The position numbers and the translations under genes are program-made. Shown here piece by piece: positions 25,085 through 38,290 of a stretch of DNA of 64,000 nt. This DNA comes from Eledone cirrhosa (taxonomy: Eukaryota): contig OZ024745.1 in NCBI GenBank assembly GCA_964016885.1, forward strand, positions 115,940,001 to 116,004,000, given 5' to 3'. The notes beneath the pieces are model-generated. The model did no database searches and was not told the DNA's origin. It saw only the letters and a program-made list of their open reading frames with translations. Every line of letters begins with the position of its first letter. The stretch's first letter is position 1.

Positions 25085-25197
25085 AACGTTTTTTGAAATA
25101 TCCAGTTCTGCGTTTACAGATTGACTTTGTTAGTTTCAGAAGATCCCGTTAAGGGTGAAAGCAGCGATTCTTTGCTTAAACTTTAATCTGTTATTTT
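25085..25197 (+). repeat. Dispersed ~110-bp repeat, second copy at 61560-61672
   Basis: TTCTGCGTT.ACAGATTGA...TTCAGAAGATCCCG.TAAGGGTGAA.GCAGCGATT...AACTTTAATCTGTTATTT shared. Confidence 0.85.
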
Positions 25198-25288
25198 AAT
25201 AAATATTTGCTCTACGGTTCTTATATATTTGATATATATTTTCCTTATCGAGCCCTCTTTGGATTTTAGTCTTCAATTTTACTATTAT

Positions 25289-25350
<62 letters not shown>

Positions 25351-27344
25351 CCAAAGATTAGTATGGTTCATTGATTAGTCAATGAATACAATTTCGCAAA
25401 ATTGCAATCGTTGTAACCTTGAGACTCTACAGACAATTACAAATTATGAAAATTTAATCAACAACGAAAAAAAAAATGAATTATTTAGTATTTGTCACCA
25501 TAAAATTGGTAAAACTTTCCAGGCAATGTAGAAGTTTCGAAAAAATATTGACAATTAATAATTTAATATTTATATAACTTTTTGCCTTATTGCGGTAATA
25601 ATTTATTGATATTTATATGTGTTAGAACAATTTCATTAACAGTCTCGTTGTCCTATGTTTTGATTAGGACAGTTCAATATTTAACTAGACATCATTTATG
25701 ATATATACAATAGATGGTTTATGGTTTTCGAAATATCGCGGAACGTTAGAGTAGAGATATGTTATAAATGTTTGTATATGTTGAATGAATTATCTTCCTT
25801 TTGTTTACATTGTCCGTAAAAAAAATTCTTTTCTTTTTGACTAGCTTGTTAAATTATATTAGATATGAAACATGTAGATTAATAATATATAGACTATCGT
25901 TAAAAGGAAACTATATATCTAAATAAGTAAATACAGAAATAAATATAACCTTTCATATAAAACTTCTGAGAGTAAATCTAACTGCAGTTTAATCCTAGGA
26001 ATTAAATGAAAATTAAAGAATAGTGAAGATTTGATAAAGAGAATATCATAATTAAATAAAATAATTTGGGTAATAAATGATCTAAATACATTATATGTAT
26101 TGATGGTGATATATGCATTGTATTAGATTTTTATACATATTTAATAATTATTTAAATACGCTTTAATTCTTTTAAAGTTGTAACAAAATATTTATAGAAT
26201 ATCTTACCCTAAAATTAAAAATAATAATCTATAATGAGTTAAATTAAACTATATATGTGATTGCTATAGAAAGTAATCTATACTCATTAATTTTGATATA
26301 ATATATAAGTATAATTAGCTAAAGCATAATCAAATACAAAAGATATTCAATTGATTATGTGAATTGATTGGATGTCCTATTTGATCTAGCATTTGAAAAC
26401 AACGGTTTTTTTTCTCTATCCCCCTCTATTTAATGTTCCTTTATTTTTTGTTATTTTCTTTACCCCCCTCTATTCCCTTTACTTTCCCCACACCTTCCCT
26501 CTTTTGTCGTTATTCCTCTTTTCTTTTTTATATATTTCTTTTACTCATTCATCCATTTATTTTTTATTCATTTATGTATTTATGTATGTATTTATTTATT
26601 TTTTCTTGCCTTTCCTCTTCTTTACACCCTCTCTCATATCTCTAATTTGCTCTACGTCCTTTTTCTTCTTTAAGTTTATCATATTATTTGTGGTATATAA
26701 ACATTGAGATTTGATGAAATAAATCACTCCCAATACAGGAATTGAATAATCAAGACCGTAGCGGTATGTCATATATCAAATCATATATTTTGTCTGAAAT
26801 ATATATTTGTTTGAAATATATATAATAAAGTATATATTTTGATTATGAAAATATTTTTCGTTTGTTAATATTTTGAATAATATATATATATGTGAGTGTG
26901 TGTGTGTGTGTATGTATATACTTGTTTGTGTGGTAATCTGTATGTCTGTGTTTTTTTGTATGTATACTTCTGTGTGTAATTATGCATGCTACCATATGTT
27001 TATACTTTCACTGGAAACATGTATCTATATGTAGTTTTGCCTATGTGATTGTATTCTGTAATAAGTTTATCTTTATGTGTGTGACGTCTTTGTATCATTT
27101 CGTCCGAACGCTTATCTATATTTTCCCCCTATGTATTTGTGTATGTATATGTTTACAGACTAGTGTGTTTATACGCTTGTGTCTATGCGATGAGTATTCG
27201 TTATATTTATATACCATTTTACTTTTGTGTCCATGTATATATATATATATATATATATGACTATCCAGATGGCCTCCAAAAATAATGGTCGCATTTTAAA
27301 AGGGTACGTCAAAGCTTATTTGTAAAACTGTTATATATTGTATT

Positions 27345-27400
27345 TTGTCTGATGAAGGCATACCATAATTTAATTTGGTATCCCTGAAATATGTATAATG
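27345..27400 (+). ncRNA. Hammerhead motif with long helix II and decayed helix I, followed by AATAAA and (TA)n
   Basis: CTGATGA|AGG c ATACCA taatttaatt TGGTAT c CCT|GAAA|TATG|TA. Confidence 0.6.
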
Positions 27401-27430
27401 AAATAAATATAGTTTCCATTTATTAATATC

Positions 27431-27509
<79 letters not shown>

Positions 27510-27845
27510 GCCTCACTTCCAATTTTTAACAGATTTTAAATCTTATTTCATATTTACTATATATATCATCTCTGTCTGATAACCGATCCAGACGTATATT
27601 AATATTGTCTGGAATCCAAAAACCTTTGGTAATGGAGTAGTTATATTTTGTGTTGTTCACTTTCTAATTAAATAGCTCTGTTCTATACATAGAGCACTCT
27701 TTTTTTTCCTTTGCTTTTCCTTCGGAATTACGTAATACATATATATATATATATATTTGTGTGTGTGTGTGTGTCTGTGTGTTTTTCTCTGTGTGTGTGT
27801 GTTTATCTGTCTAAACACACTCCTAATTATATTTCTCTTTTTCTA

Positions 27846-27885
27846 TCTTCTGATGAATGAATAGTGTCCGAAACGTTAATACTTC
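27846..27885 (+). ncRNA. Decayed hammerhead motif
   Basis: CTGATGA...CCGAAACGTT with palindromic AACGTT, but helix II poorly paired. Confidence 0.35.
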
Positions 27886-27954
27886 TATTTCAAGCGTTAA
27901 ACTAATATATTTCTCCCATGAACAGTGTCGCTTGTTTTGTTATTTCTGTTTCCC

Positions 27955-28034
<80 letters not shown>

Positions 28035-28188
28035 ACACAGATACACACACATATGTATAAATAGATATATTTGTTTGTATGTGTGAGTGTGTGGTTATCT
28101 ATCAATCGAACTATCTATCTGCCTATCTCTATATGAGAAAGAAAGAGAGAGTGCGAGTGTGTGCGTGTATGTGATAGTGAGAGAGATA

Positions 28189-28275
<87 letters not shown>

Positions 28276-28587
28276 GTATACCTATGTTCGTCAGATGCAT
28301 TGAAAATATACTTTTTCAGCATCGGACATTATATTGAGTTTCTTTTTACTAAGCATATGTGCAGAAAACAATAAATAATTGATTATATGAGTAAGTTCTT
28401 TGTCTTCATTAACATCTACTGAATTTTGGTTATATATTATTGATTGGTACTAATTAGGCTGATGACGAATTCTCTTGTCACTGGATTGAGCTTCATGACG
28501 GAAACAAGACTCAATTCCGCCACCCAACTCTGTATTGTAGGAATATTTGTGGTAGTTGCATGGTTACTCTTTAAAATCTAATATTGT

Positions 28588-28770
28588 TTGGCAGTATTGG
28601 TAGAGGGTCTGACGCCTTGCTTTGACGCATAGAGTTACAGCCCTTTCCATTCTGAGTTCAAATCCCGCCGAGGTTAACTTTGCCTTTCATCCTTACGGGG
28701 TCGATAAAATAAAGTACCAGTAATACACTGGGTTATTGCTGGCCTTGTGCCTAACGTAGAAACAGTTATT
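28588..28770 (+). mobile_element. SINE family A
   Basis: TGGCAGTATTGGTAG A box, GAGTTCAAATCCC B box, core domain. Confidence 0.92.
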
Positions 28771-30327
28771 GGTTTATTGAGCAAAATATGAAACTTAGTT
28801 TAATTAGAAATTGTATGTTTTTTAACACTTTTTATTTTCAGTATGTAGTAAATCTTACATAGTTAGTATTAGATATAGTTTTAGGTAGAGCAGTCTTGGG
28901 AGAAAACAGGGTTGTAACTATTTAAAGGTTCTTAATACACTGTGTGACATCGTTATTTTTATATCAGGGAAAGGTGGTCAAGACTGGATTGGGCGCGCAC
29001 TCCGTGTGTATGAAGTTCCACACAGATCTGTAAATAATCCCAGAGCTCATATACATACATATATACATACATATATACATACATACATACACACACATAC
29101 ATGCATACATATACGCATACATACATACGTAAATACATACATGTATACATACATGCATTCAAACATACATACATACATAAACTGTGCCTCACTACAAATC
29201 TTGGGAAGCTGAGCTTCATAGAGCCAGAAAGGGGACAGCTAGTCAGTAAGATGCAAGTAGAGTCCATTAATGGAACTCTTTTCAGAAAAGTCACGTGATG
29301 ACACAGGCAAATCTACTACTACAGTATAATGCCTTAATCCCTCCCAGCAGAAACACGTTAGATTTTGCGGAACGAAACCTGCCGATAAAGGAGCCTCTTG
29401 TTCGATCACGAAAATGCATCTCTGACTTACAATTTGTGGTGCAGTTTCTCGATGTCCCAGAAACCCATCGAATATTTTAATCGATTTCTATCTACTGGAA
29501 ACGTTAGTTTTCGACTTGTTTGTATTGATCGTAGTTTTGGTATAGTTATGACCATATGCATTTGGTCGCTTTTCTTGGTGTCACAATTTCTTTACTTATT
29601 TTACGATTACTCGTAACCTATTTAATTGGGTTTCGCGTGATATGCTGCACTACCGGATCGGGCGAAAATAAACCACGACATATTTAGCCCTCAATACATG
29701 GGCACATATATACGCAGCAAATATCTTGACCCCGCCCCCCGCAATAATGTACGTGTGTAAAAAATAAAACTGCCTTTGTTAAAATTCATTTAAAATAAAT
29801 TTAGCACATAGTTTTTGTAAGTTCTAGTAAACTTTATTTTTTCTGAAAATTCCTTAATCTTATATTTCTCACTTTATATCTATTTGAAACTCTTATTCTT
29901 GTGACTATTTATTTACTTCATTATCTTTTTTTCTACTTTTTCTATTTTTCCTACTTTTAAAGTGAAGCGTTTCCTGATGTAATGGAGAACATAGGTCACG
30001 ACCAAAGTATAAGAGGATCTATTACCGAGGAACTGCCAAAACTGAGTCTTCCTTATATCATGGACCCAATAATACACCACAGCCTACTGCCTAACGGACC
30101 AGCGTGGGATCCGAAGGGCTCTCCAGATCGCTGGTTATGTGATTCTATTTCACCTTTCAACATTAAAGTATGGAACATTTAGTCTAGTGTCTTATCTACA
30201 CCAACACCACATTTTAATTTCTATTTTATATTCATTTTGAATTTTTTATATTTATATTCATATTATATTTTTCACTTCTAGATTTTTTGGCATTATATAT
30301 ATCATTATGTTATATTATATATTATTA

Positions 30328-30514
30328 GCGGTGGATTGGCAGTATCGGTAGAGGGTCGGACGCCATGCTTTCCAGCATAGTTACGTCCCTTTACGATCTG
30401 ACTTCAAATCCCGCAGAGGTTGACTTTGCCTTTCATCTTTACGGGGTCGATAAAATAAAGTACCAGTAATGCACTGGGTAATTGCTGGCCTTGTGCCTAA
30501 AGTAGAAACAATTA
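30328..30514 (+). mobile_element. SINE family A, full-length
   Basis: GCGGTGGATTGGCAGTATCGGTAG...GTAGAAACAATTAT. Confidence 0.92.
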
Positions 30515-31407
30515 TATATGATTAGCTCATTATTGCTTTATTTTTCTATATTTCAACTCATGGCATTTGATTGTATATATCATATTATACTACACCGCAC
30601 AGTGCTTTCTATATATAATATAATAGTCAGTGATCCCTCTATTCAGTAATAGCTGCCGATTTAATTTAACTTATTTTAATTTCAACTTCAGAAATAACTT
30701 CAACTATACACATTTTCTACCTAAGAATGACTATATATAAACTCTCTCTCATAATTCAGAGTGGCATGGAGTCAACCTAGAATATGTAATATGCTATCTA
30801 TATATTTATCATCAGATCATTTGTTATGGGGGTTTGGGAGGTGCGTTGATCCAAATACCGGTAACGATTGGTCCTTTGAGTAATGCGCTGTTCGAATTAA
30901 CTTTGGTTATATATCTCGAGGGCTTGGAATCGATTATTTAATTAATCAATAATCCCCTCCTTTCACTTTTTTAATATACCTGGTCACAATAACCTATTTC
31001 CTTTAGATTTCGCGTGATACACCGGGTCGGTTGAATGTGAAGAACGCCATATTTAGCTCTCAATGCAGGGGAACATACATGCGTATGAAATACGTTGACA
31101 ACCCATTATTAATCCAATAATGTACTTGTGTAAAAGAAAAAAACTGCTTTGTTAAATTATTTAACATAATTTACGTGTTTCCACATTTTCCACCGCGAAA
31201 CTAAAACTATCAAGTACTATGTATGAGTGTAGGTTATGATTCAGCTGCACAATATATAGAACTAGATTGTTAGATATCATGACTATCAGGTATATTTTTG
31301 TCAACCTCAACGCTTCGTCTTCATTGATAGAATCTCCTCATAGTATTGAAATCATTTAAAATACTCTCCAGTGTCTAAAATAATAATTATTATATTCTTC
31401 AGTGAAG

Positions 31408-31675
31408 GGCGGTGATTTGGCAGTATCGGTAGAACGTCGGACATGCTTTGCCTTTCATCCTTACGGGGTCGATAAAATAAAGTACTGGCAAATGTAGAAA
31501 GAATTATTAACGGTAAGGCGGCGAATTGTCAGAGTCACTAGAACATCGGATAGAATGCTTTATGGTATTCGTTTCGGCTTTCAGCTCTCTGAGTTCAAAT
31601 CCCGCCGAGGTCAACTTTGCCGAGGTCAATCCTTTCGAGGTCGATGAAAAAAGTACCAGTCAAGTACTGGGTGGA
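31408..31675 (+). mobile_element. Deleted SINE A copy followed by a related SINE subfamily copy
   Basis: Two GGCGG 5' ends (31408, 31517), B box GAGTTCAAATCCC, core remnants. Confidence 0.75.
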
Positions 31676-32237
31676 TTCTTCCTCTATATCTTTTTCTCAT
31701 TTCCTCTCTCTCATTTCCTACCTTTCTCTGGAAGAAATCTGCTGTACACAGAGCTGGAGAGGGATGGGCTCCACCAGTCTTAAAAATATGCTAGAAACGC
31801 TGTATGTCAATACGACGCCATTGCGACTCTATCAGGAACTGCGGAACCATACAAGTATTATTAACGGATCTTGAGTAAGGTTTATTCTTTTATATTTGTT
31901 TATTCTTTTATATATTTTTGCAAAAACTCCCGCCAGGAATAAAAAGATTTGTCGTCAACTTTGACTTGCGTTGCATTCTTATATTTATGTTCCGTACTAA
32001 CACATTCATACAGCGAGTTCAGTTTACATACGAGGAGATTGATTCGTAACCATTTTTATGGATTATACAACTGATAGATAGGTTCTTTATTCTGAAGTCG
32101 AAACATTATAGAAATAATTCTTTATTTATATTCAGTTGATATTCATACAATATATAAATGCACTTATTAAAGTGGTAAAATTTCGTTCCTCCATAGGCTA
32201 CTATAGGGACTACTAGTACTCAGACACAGAATAGCGA

Positions 32238-32300
32238 AGGTGGTGGTGGTGTTCTTCTTCTTCTTCTTCTTCTTCTTCTTCTTCTTCTTCTTCTTCTTCT

Positions 32301-32332
<32 letters not shown>

Positions 32333-32408
32333 TTCTTCTTCTTCTTCTTCTTCTTCTTCTTCTTCTTCTTCTTCTTCTTCTTCTTCTTCTTCTTCTTCTT
32401 CTTCTTCT

Positions 32409-32440
<32 letters not shown>

Positions 32441-32494
32441 TTCTTCTTCTTCTTCTTCTTCTTCTTCTTCTTCTTCTTCTTCTTCTTCTTCTTC

Positions 32495-32533
<39 letters not shown>

Positions 32534-32580
32534 TTCTTCTTCTTCTTCTTCTTCTTCTTCTTCTTCTTCTTCTTCTTCTT
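32238..32580. repeat. Compound (TTC)n/(GTC)n trinucleotide array, probably the expanded 3' tail of the adjacent minus-strand RTE LINE
   Basis: Alternating blocks directly abut the RTE 3' end at ~32581. Confidence 0.9.
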
Positions 32581-33705
32581 GGAAGAGTCGTGGGGGCACA
32601 GTTCTCAAGCGTACATGTGGGTCCTGTCAGAACCCCCTGTCTCCGTTTGATCTGGATGGATCACCCAAGGAGACAAGCGGAGCTGATGGATAATATCCGA
32701 CCATCTTGCTCAGGATCTACCACTGGGTTTCTCGCCGGTTTGTTGCGTCTGACCACCGATTCTTTCATTAGACATTCAAGCAGCATGCCCGTCCCATCGA
32801 AATTATGTTCTATCAATTTGGAAATGCAGAGGATCTACCTAGATCTACGCATTCTATTGCGTAAGCTTACTCCAAAGACCTTTCGGAGGATCCCCATTTC
32901 TTCCGCTTGTATTATGGATCGTATTCCTTCGGTCATTAGCCAAGATTCATGACCTTAGTTAAAGTTTGCCACGAATACCGAACTGCAAATAGCGAGTTTG
33001 GCTTTACCACCGACCTCCTTTCTTCCGATTGTAGAATGGTTAAGCTGTCGCCTTACTGCACCAGCTCCTGAAATTCTTGAATTTAATCTAGCCTCTTAAT
33101 TTTCAACACTTGTGAAGACACCCTTGAGACGCTTGAAATTCTCCACCTCCTTCAATGCAACTCAACTCTCATGTAGAGTGCACTGCACAGGCTTACTTGA
33201 CGGAATGAGTGTCACAGGCTTCGTAGCACTGAATTCTTTCCTGTCGTGCAGGACTCAGAAATTATTCTATCGAATACTTGTCACAGATCGAACTCCGAGC
33301 AGTTAAGTAGTACAATGTTGTCTTCAAATTCCAGGCTGATCATGTGCACAACAGTCGTGATACCACTCCAATTCAGCTACGCATATAATTGCTGTTGATG
33401 AAGATTATGATCCGGAGAAATAACTATACACACCGTTAGCACCATTTATTGAACTCAAATACTCGGACGTTCGTATAGAGTCTTTAGCGCACAAACCTTT
33501 GACCATCAAGCCCATATTCCCGCAGAAGCATCCACAACAATTCCCGTTGAACGCATTCGTACACCTGTTCAAGATCTACGAAACAAGCATGCACACCTTG
33601 CCAATACTACCAAGATTTCTCCCAGACCTGTTTCAGGGTGAATGTTTAGTCTGCTCTACTGCTGTGGGAGAAAGCGACACTGTTCAGTTGCCATATTAGA
33701 CTCGA
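32581..33705 (-). mobile_element. RTE-clade (Expander/Rex3-like) LINE, degenerate RT and 3' half
   Basis: Broken frames give EQC.F, CFVDLEQVY, LWMLLREYG, GHESWLMTEGIRSIIQAEEM. Confidence 0.8.
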
Positions 33706-33989
33706 CAATATACCTTCATAGTGCCACACCCATAGCATGGTGACTGTCGCGGGTACGATTAACAGAATATCTAGTCTGGTTAGATGCAACAGATGCTTCA
33801 CGAAGGGTAACACGTTAGATGAAACAGATACGCTGGGTAACAAGGGACATATTCAAGCTTGAAGGGCCTGTTAGAAAATATATATGGGAGTTTCCATTTG
33901 GCGCTGTGAGAATTAACGAGGAGCCTGTGATCTGTTCTAGAAGGTGTTGGATGGAATGACAAACGTTATGTATCTTGAAAGCCGAAAGA

Positions 33990-35008
33990 TAGACCAGAAG
34001 GTAGTATGTCTTAACAGTTGAAAACTGGGATGTTGGAATCCTTACAATTAAGGAGCCGAAACTAGTGGAGGAGACTAGAAACTACAGGCTAAATCTAGTC
34101 GAGGTTTCCTCAAAGTTACCTGCTCTATTTATGTCGATTTGGCTGGAGGATGGATACTCCTTTATTGAAGTCTGGTGCCAAAAGTGTCTGCACCAGAGGG
34201 AGTGGGGATACGTATAAGTCTCCAGCTGTCAGAATCTGTTATTGACTGGGTCCCATTGGGAGGGAGGGTTTACGTCTTGAAGCTTAGGCATAAAGAAAGG
34301 TCTCTGTGGGTGGTGCAAGTTCATACAACAGTGAGTCCGAATAGGGATCCTTCCTTGGTGAAGCGTTAGATATCGTTAAAACTGGCCCATATATCCTAAT
34401 AGCTGACTTCAATGGCACTGACCACCTTATATGGAGAGACGTGATTGGGCGGGTCGGCGAACCCGATCTGAATACAAATGGAGAAGCCTTATTAGATGCT
34501 GTTCTGGTAAATTCCTCCAATGGTAAGGAAGTTATTTAGGGATTAAGGTGGAATCTGACTTTAGATCAGCAAAACGTTATTCTGGCAGACCATACACCGA
34601 CTTCATACTAAGAGGTCTCCTTCCACACCATGTATCAGAAACTCGTCCTGGGTTCTTCTCTCTTCTGTGAGATGCATTCTCGCGGGATGGAGAGAATAAT
34701 TTACTGATCTCTTAAGTACATCTAGGAACCATGACTAACCTCTCGGATGCCGAGGTCACCAAAGCAATTAAGGAGCTCAAATATAGCAAGGTCTCTATAA
34801 AGGATGAAATTCGGCACTAAATTTTAAAAGTTTTCAATAGAGAAGGTATTAGGTGACTGAATCGCGTGTACCGAATGGCCTGGATCTCTTGAAAGGCATC
34901 TAAGCAATAGCGATCCAGAGTGATTCTCCACATTTTGAAAAAGGGAGACAAGAGAGATTTTTCTAATCATAGAGAAACATTCTTGTTACGCCTCTGCGGC
35001 AAAGTCTA
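33990..35008 (+). mobile_element. Same RTE LINE, 5' half (AP endonuclease to start of RT), inverted
   Basis: WDV..L..KEPKLVEETRNYRLNLV (APE N-terminus), ADFN, and KKGDKRDFSNHR...L..L.GKV at the right end. Confidence 0.75.
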
Positions 35009-36324
35009 AAGAGATGGACGACATTGAACATGCATCCAAACCGCTTTCAAATATTTTGGACATTAAATATGTAAGTGAGAAGTTATATAGAAATGTTCCC
35101 CCATTTTCTTCGCTTGTTGACGCACAACGTCTGAGTAGGACAGAATTGAAGAGGCGTTACTCTGCAAAATAGCAAGAGAAATTCACCGAAAGATCCATTC
35201 CATCACGCTGGGCTCATTTTTGTGGATAGCTAACTCATTTACGTGATAAACTCATAGGCAAAAACACAGCATTTCAAGAGCTTGAGATATTCAGATTATC
35301 CGAGAATGAAACATGTCTTTCGTTAAATTCACTAGCTCTCCGTTGGAGAAAGTGACACTGGTGGTGCATCCTAGACGAATGTCTAACTAAACTGGATAGA
35401 GCTGCAATAGAAAATCAATGGACGCTGAAGCCACGTTATTAATGTCGTTGAGTGCAGCATGCCTCGGGATATAAATGACCCTGAAACGACATGATAGTAA
35501 ATGAAGGCCGAAATCATCTATCATGGATCTGAAACGGTATTTATGTTGCTTGCAGAGCCAAAGACCGAGCCTAAGTGATATATGCATAATACAATATATA
35601 TTAAATTCAGTCTGCATGGTATTTTGGTTCTCTCATTTTGCACGTCAAACATTGACAGGAATAAATATGTCGAATTATCCTCCTATAAACCGCTAATAAA
35701 AATTCATTCCCTATATTATTTATGCTGCATATTTTAGCATTTATTTAAATATAATTGTTATTGTTTTATTTCTTAGTGTTTTTTATTGTTTAATATTTTT
35801 GGCAGAAAGACCTACGTATGGGTCAATCGATATAACACGAGGATTATTTCTGTCATGAAATATTAAGAACACCTGCAGTAACTTCGAAAATGACGAAACA
35901 TGAAACGAGGTAAGTCGAGGTATACCTGTATTCTTTCTTTAACAACAGGACATATTTCCACCCTGTTTAATCTTATATACTTTCCCTGACCGACTGATAT
36001 ATAGTCTAATTATTGAAATCTCTTAATGATTTAGCAGTACATTTCTAAAACCCAATTTGCCAATGGAAGTCTTTCTAGTAACTTAACTAGTAAGTAGATG
36101 ATAAGGAAATTATCAATATTAGAGAAAATACTGTAATGTTTGATGTTATTCAGTTATAGTACTGTTTTGTTCATTTCATGGTTTCATGTGGTAATCGATA
36201 TGAAGAGTTAGAGGGCTGCTCTTTCTTTTTCTTAAAAGTTGTTCATATCTTCTATTGTATTTAGCGATAGCTCTAAGCCAAAATACAAAGTGTATAAGAA
36301 CTCATATATAATATCTACATATAA

Positions 36325-36465
36325 TTTCCTGATTTAGGCAGAATGGCAACAATATTTGGGAGAGGGGGAAAGTCGATTAAATCGACCCAGTGCATTATGG
36401 TGCTTTATTTTCTCGATCCAGTAAGGATGAAAGGCAAGGCTAACCTCCGTGAGATTTGAACTCAA
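36325..36465 (-). mobile_element. Degenerate SINE family A
   Basis: GTCGATTAAATCGACCC...GTAAGGATGAAAGGCAAG..GATTTGAACTCA. Confidence 0.75.
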
Positions 36466-36624
36466 TATGTTTATATATAATGAACATATATTTAGTTTCG
36501 CCGGGAGTATTGTCAGCTATCATTTTGTGCCAGTTTCCTTGCATCTGATTGAAATTAGGAGAGACGTGCATTTCCCTTCAGCACTCGCTTACATACTCGC
36601 AGTTATTGATATACGGAAGACAAC

Positions 36625-36800
36625 ATATATATATAGCTTGGATCTAGCTGTCGAAACGGCCGGAGCTCAGCCGTCGGGGTCCTGGCTGTTTTCCTATATA
36701 TATATATATATGTGCTCTGTAAGAACATAGAGTGCTCAACCGGCATACCGCCTATGGTATCATCAGCTACGATCAGACACACACACACACACACACACAC

Positions 36801-36880
<80 letters not shown>

Positions 36881-37018
36881 CTGATGGTAGCTGATGATAC
36901 CATAGGCGGTATGCCGGTTGAGCACTCTATGTTCTTACAGAGCACATATATATATATATAGGAAAACAGCCAGGACCCTGACGGCTGAGCTCCGGCCGTT
37001 TCGACAGCTAGATCCAAG

Positions 37019-37030
<12 letters not shown>
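36625..37030. repeat. ~400-bp near-perfect palindrome centred on (TA)n, made of two unique modules plus microsatellites
   Basis: 36635-36800 is the reverse complement of 36858-37020 with 2 substitutions in the unique parts. Confidence 0.95.
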
Positions 37031-37072
<42 letters not shown>

Positions 37073-38099
37073 TCGTTTAGTCTCACTGTGAAACTGTTAT
37101 ACCGTACTAATATCTCTCCTTGTTGTCACAGCAAGGTTTAAGACCTGTGAATGTATTTCATTGTCGTTACATTTCGCCAGCCATTAATTAATTAAGCGCT
37201 GCTGCAGAAGTCGGAAGATATCAGTTTAGAGACTTTGTAAGCAAATTATTTGTTGAAAGGCTTATTTACCTGCTACTATATTATAGTAAATAGTAGCAGG
37301 TAAATGTTACTAACACTAATACAGCGTGATACAGAGTAGGAGGCATATGAAAGAGTATAAACATATAAAGAATGCACCAAAATATTTCGATTACAAAATC
37401 TATAAGGAATCTATAAAAAATCCTCACATCGAGAATCAATATTTGTTTAATATATGTAAACTTATTTATGGAGTGAGAAACACTTCACTGTTTCATATTA
37501 AATGTACATATGCATTAAACGTTTACACTAATTTGTTTCTATTTACTCTTTTTGATATCTAATACATTATAAGTTTATTAAAAGTTGATTTATTCATTAA
37601 TTTAAAGCTAGACTAATTCTGTCGTCTTATACGAGCCTCCAACGTTAACATAGTTATAGATTCAATCAGAAAGTATAGAAGATATTTCGTTAGTTCTATC
37701 TAGCATGTTCCCAAGATCTCATGGCATGTTAACAATTGAAAAAAAACACGATAGGCTGTAACAAAAGAAAATTCGCTTTCTATAACGAGTTAGTGTAAGG
37801 TATGAAAGACGAAGGCAAGGGAGCGGCTCGGGGTGTCGTCGAGGACAGTTTGAACAGGCTCTTCTGGAAGACTTTCAAAGATTCACTGGTATGGCTGTAT
37901 TACAGAGGCTCACTACTAATTAGACATACAACATACATACACGTAAATGCCAACAACTTAAACTATCAGGGAAACAAAAATGGCGAGGAAAGCGTCCTGC
38001 ATGTTATCGATTAACGTCGTGCATTGCAGACATTTCGAGGCCTGTTGAACAACTGCTATGATCCGTATGGAACATTTTAATATTAGTCAGGTCTGTAGT

Positions 38100-38290
38100 G
38101 AACATCGAACGACAATCTTTCTTTTACATGGAGTTGCTCCAGGTCTTCGTCTACCTGGAAGCTTCGACAAAGTGTTGTGGACACGTCTAAACGTTTTGAG
38201 TGCAGGAATCGTCCTTTTCGGCCAAACCCTCATCAACTGCTTCTTGTAAAACTTCAGCGGGAACGTGAAGTACTCTCTTCTTGTTTGTTT
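38100..38290 (-). pseudogene. Possible decayed Tc1/mariner-type transposase N-terminus (DUF4817-like HTH)
   Basis: RVWPKRTIPALKTFRRVHNTLSKLPGRRRP loosely resembles f..r.aP...TI.r...kf....v.d.prsGRP; weak. Confidence 0.3.

Noticed and set aside
28455-28515. CTGATGA...GGAAA hammerhead candidate
   Set aside because: Helices I and III do not pair convincingly.
32167-32650. Poly-E/D, poly-K/T and poly-F/V ORFs
   Set aside because: Trinucleotide tail of the RTE element; no splice or composition evidence of a gene.
36713-36778. Module B as a complete hammerhead (CTGATGA-TACC..GGTA)
   Set aside because: No GAAA follows helix II in any copy and helix I does not pair; at most a derived half.
38200-38240. 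TTGATGA-GG..CC-GAAA motif on minus strand
   Set aside because: C3 missing and no UH at the right position; probably chance within a decayed coding fragment.
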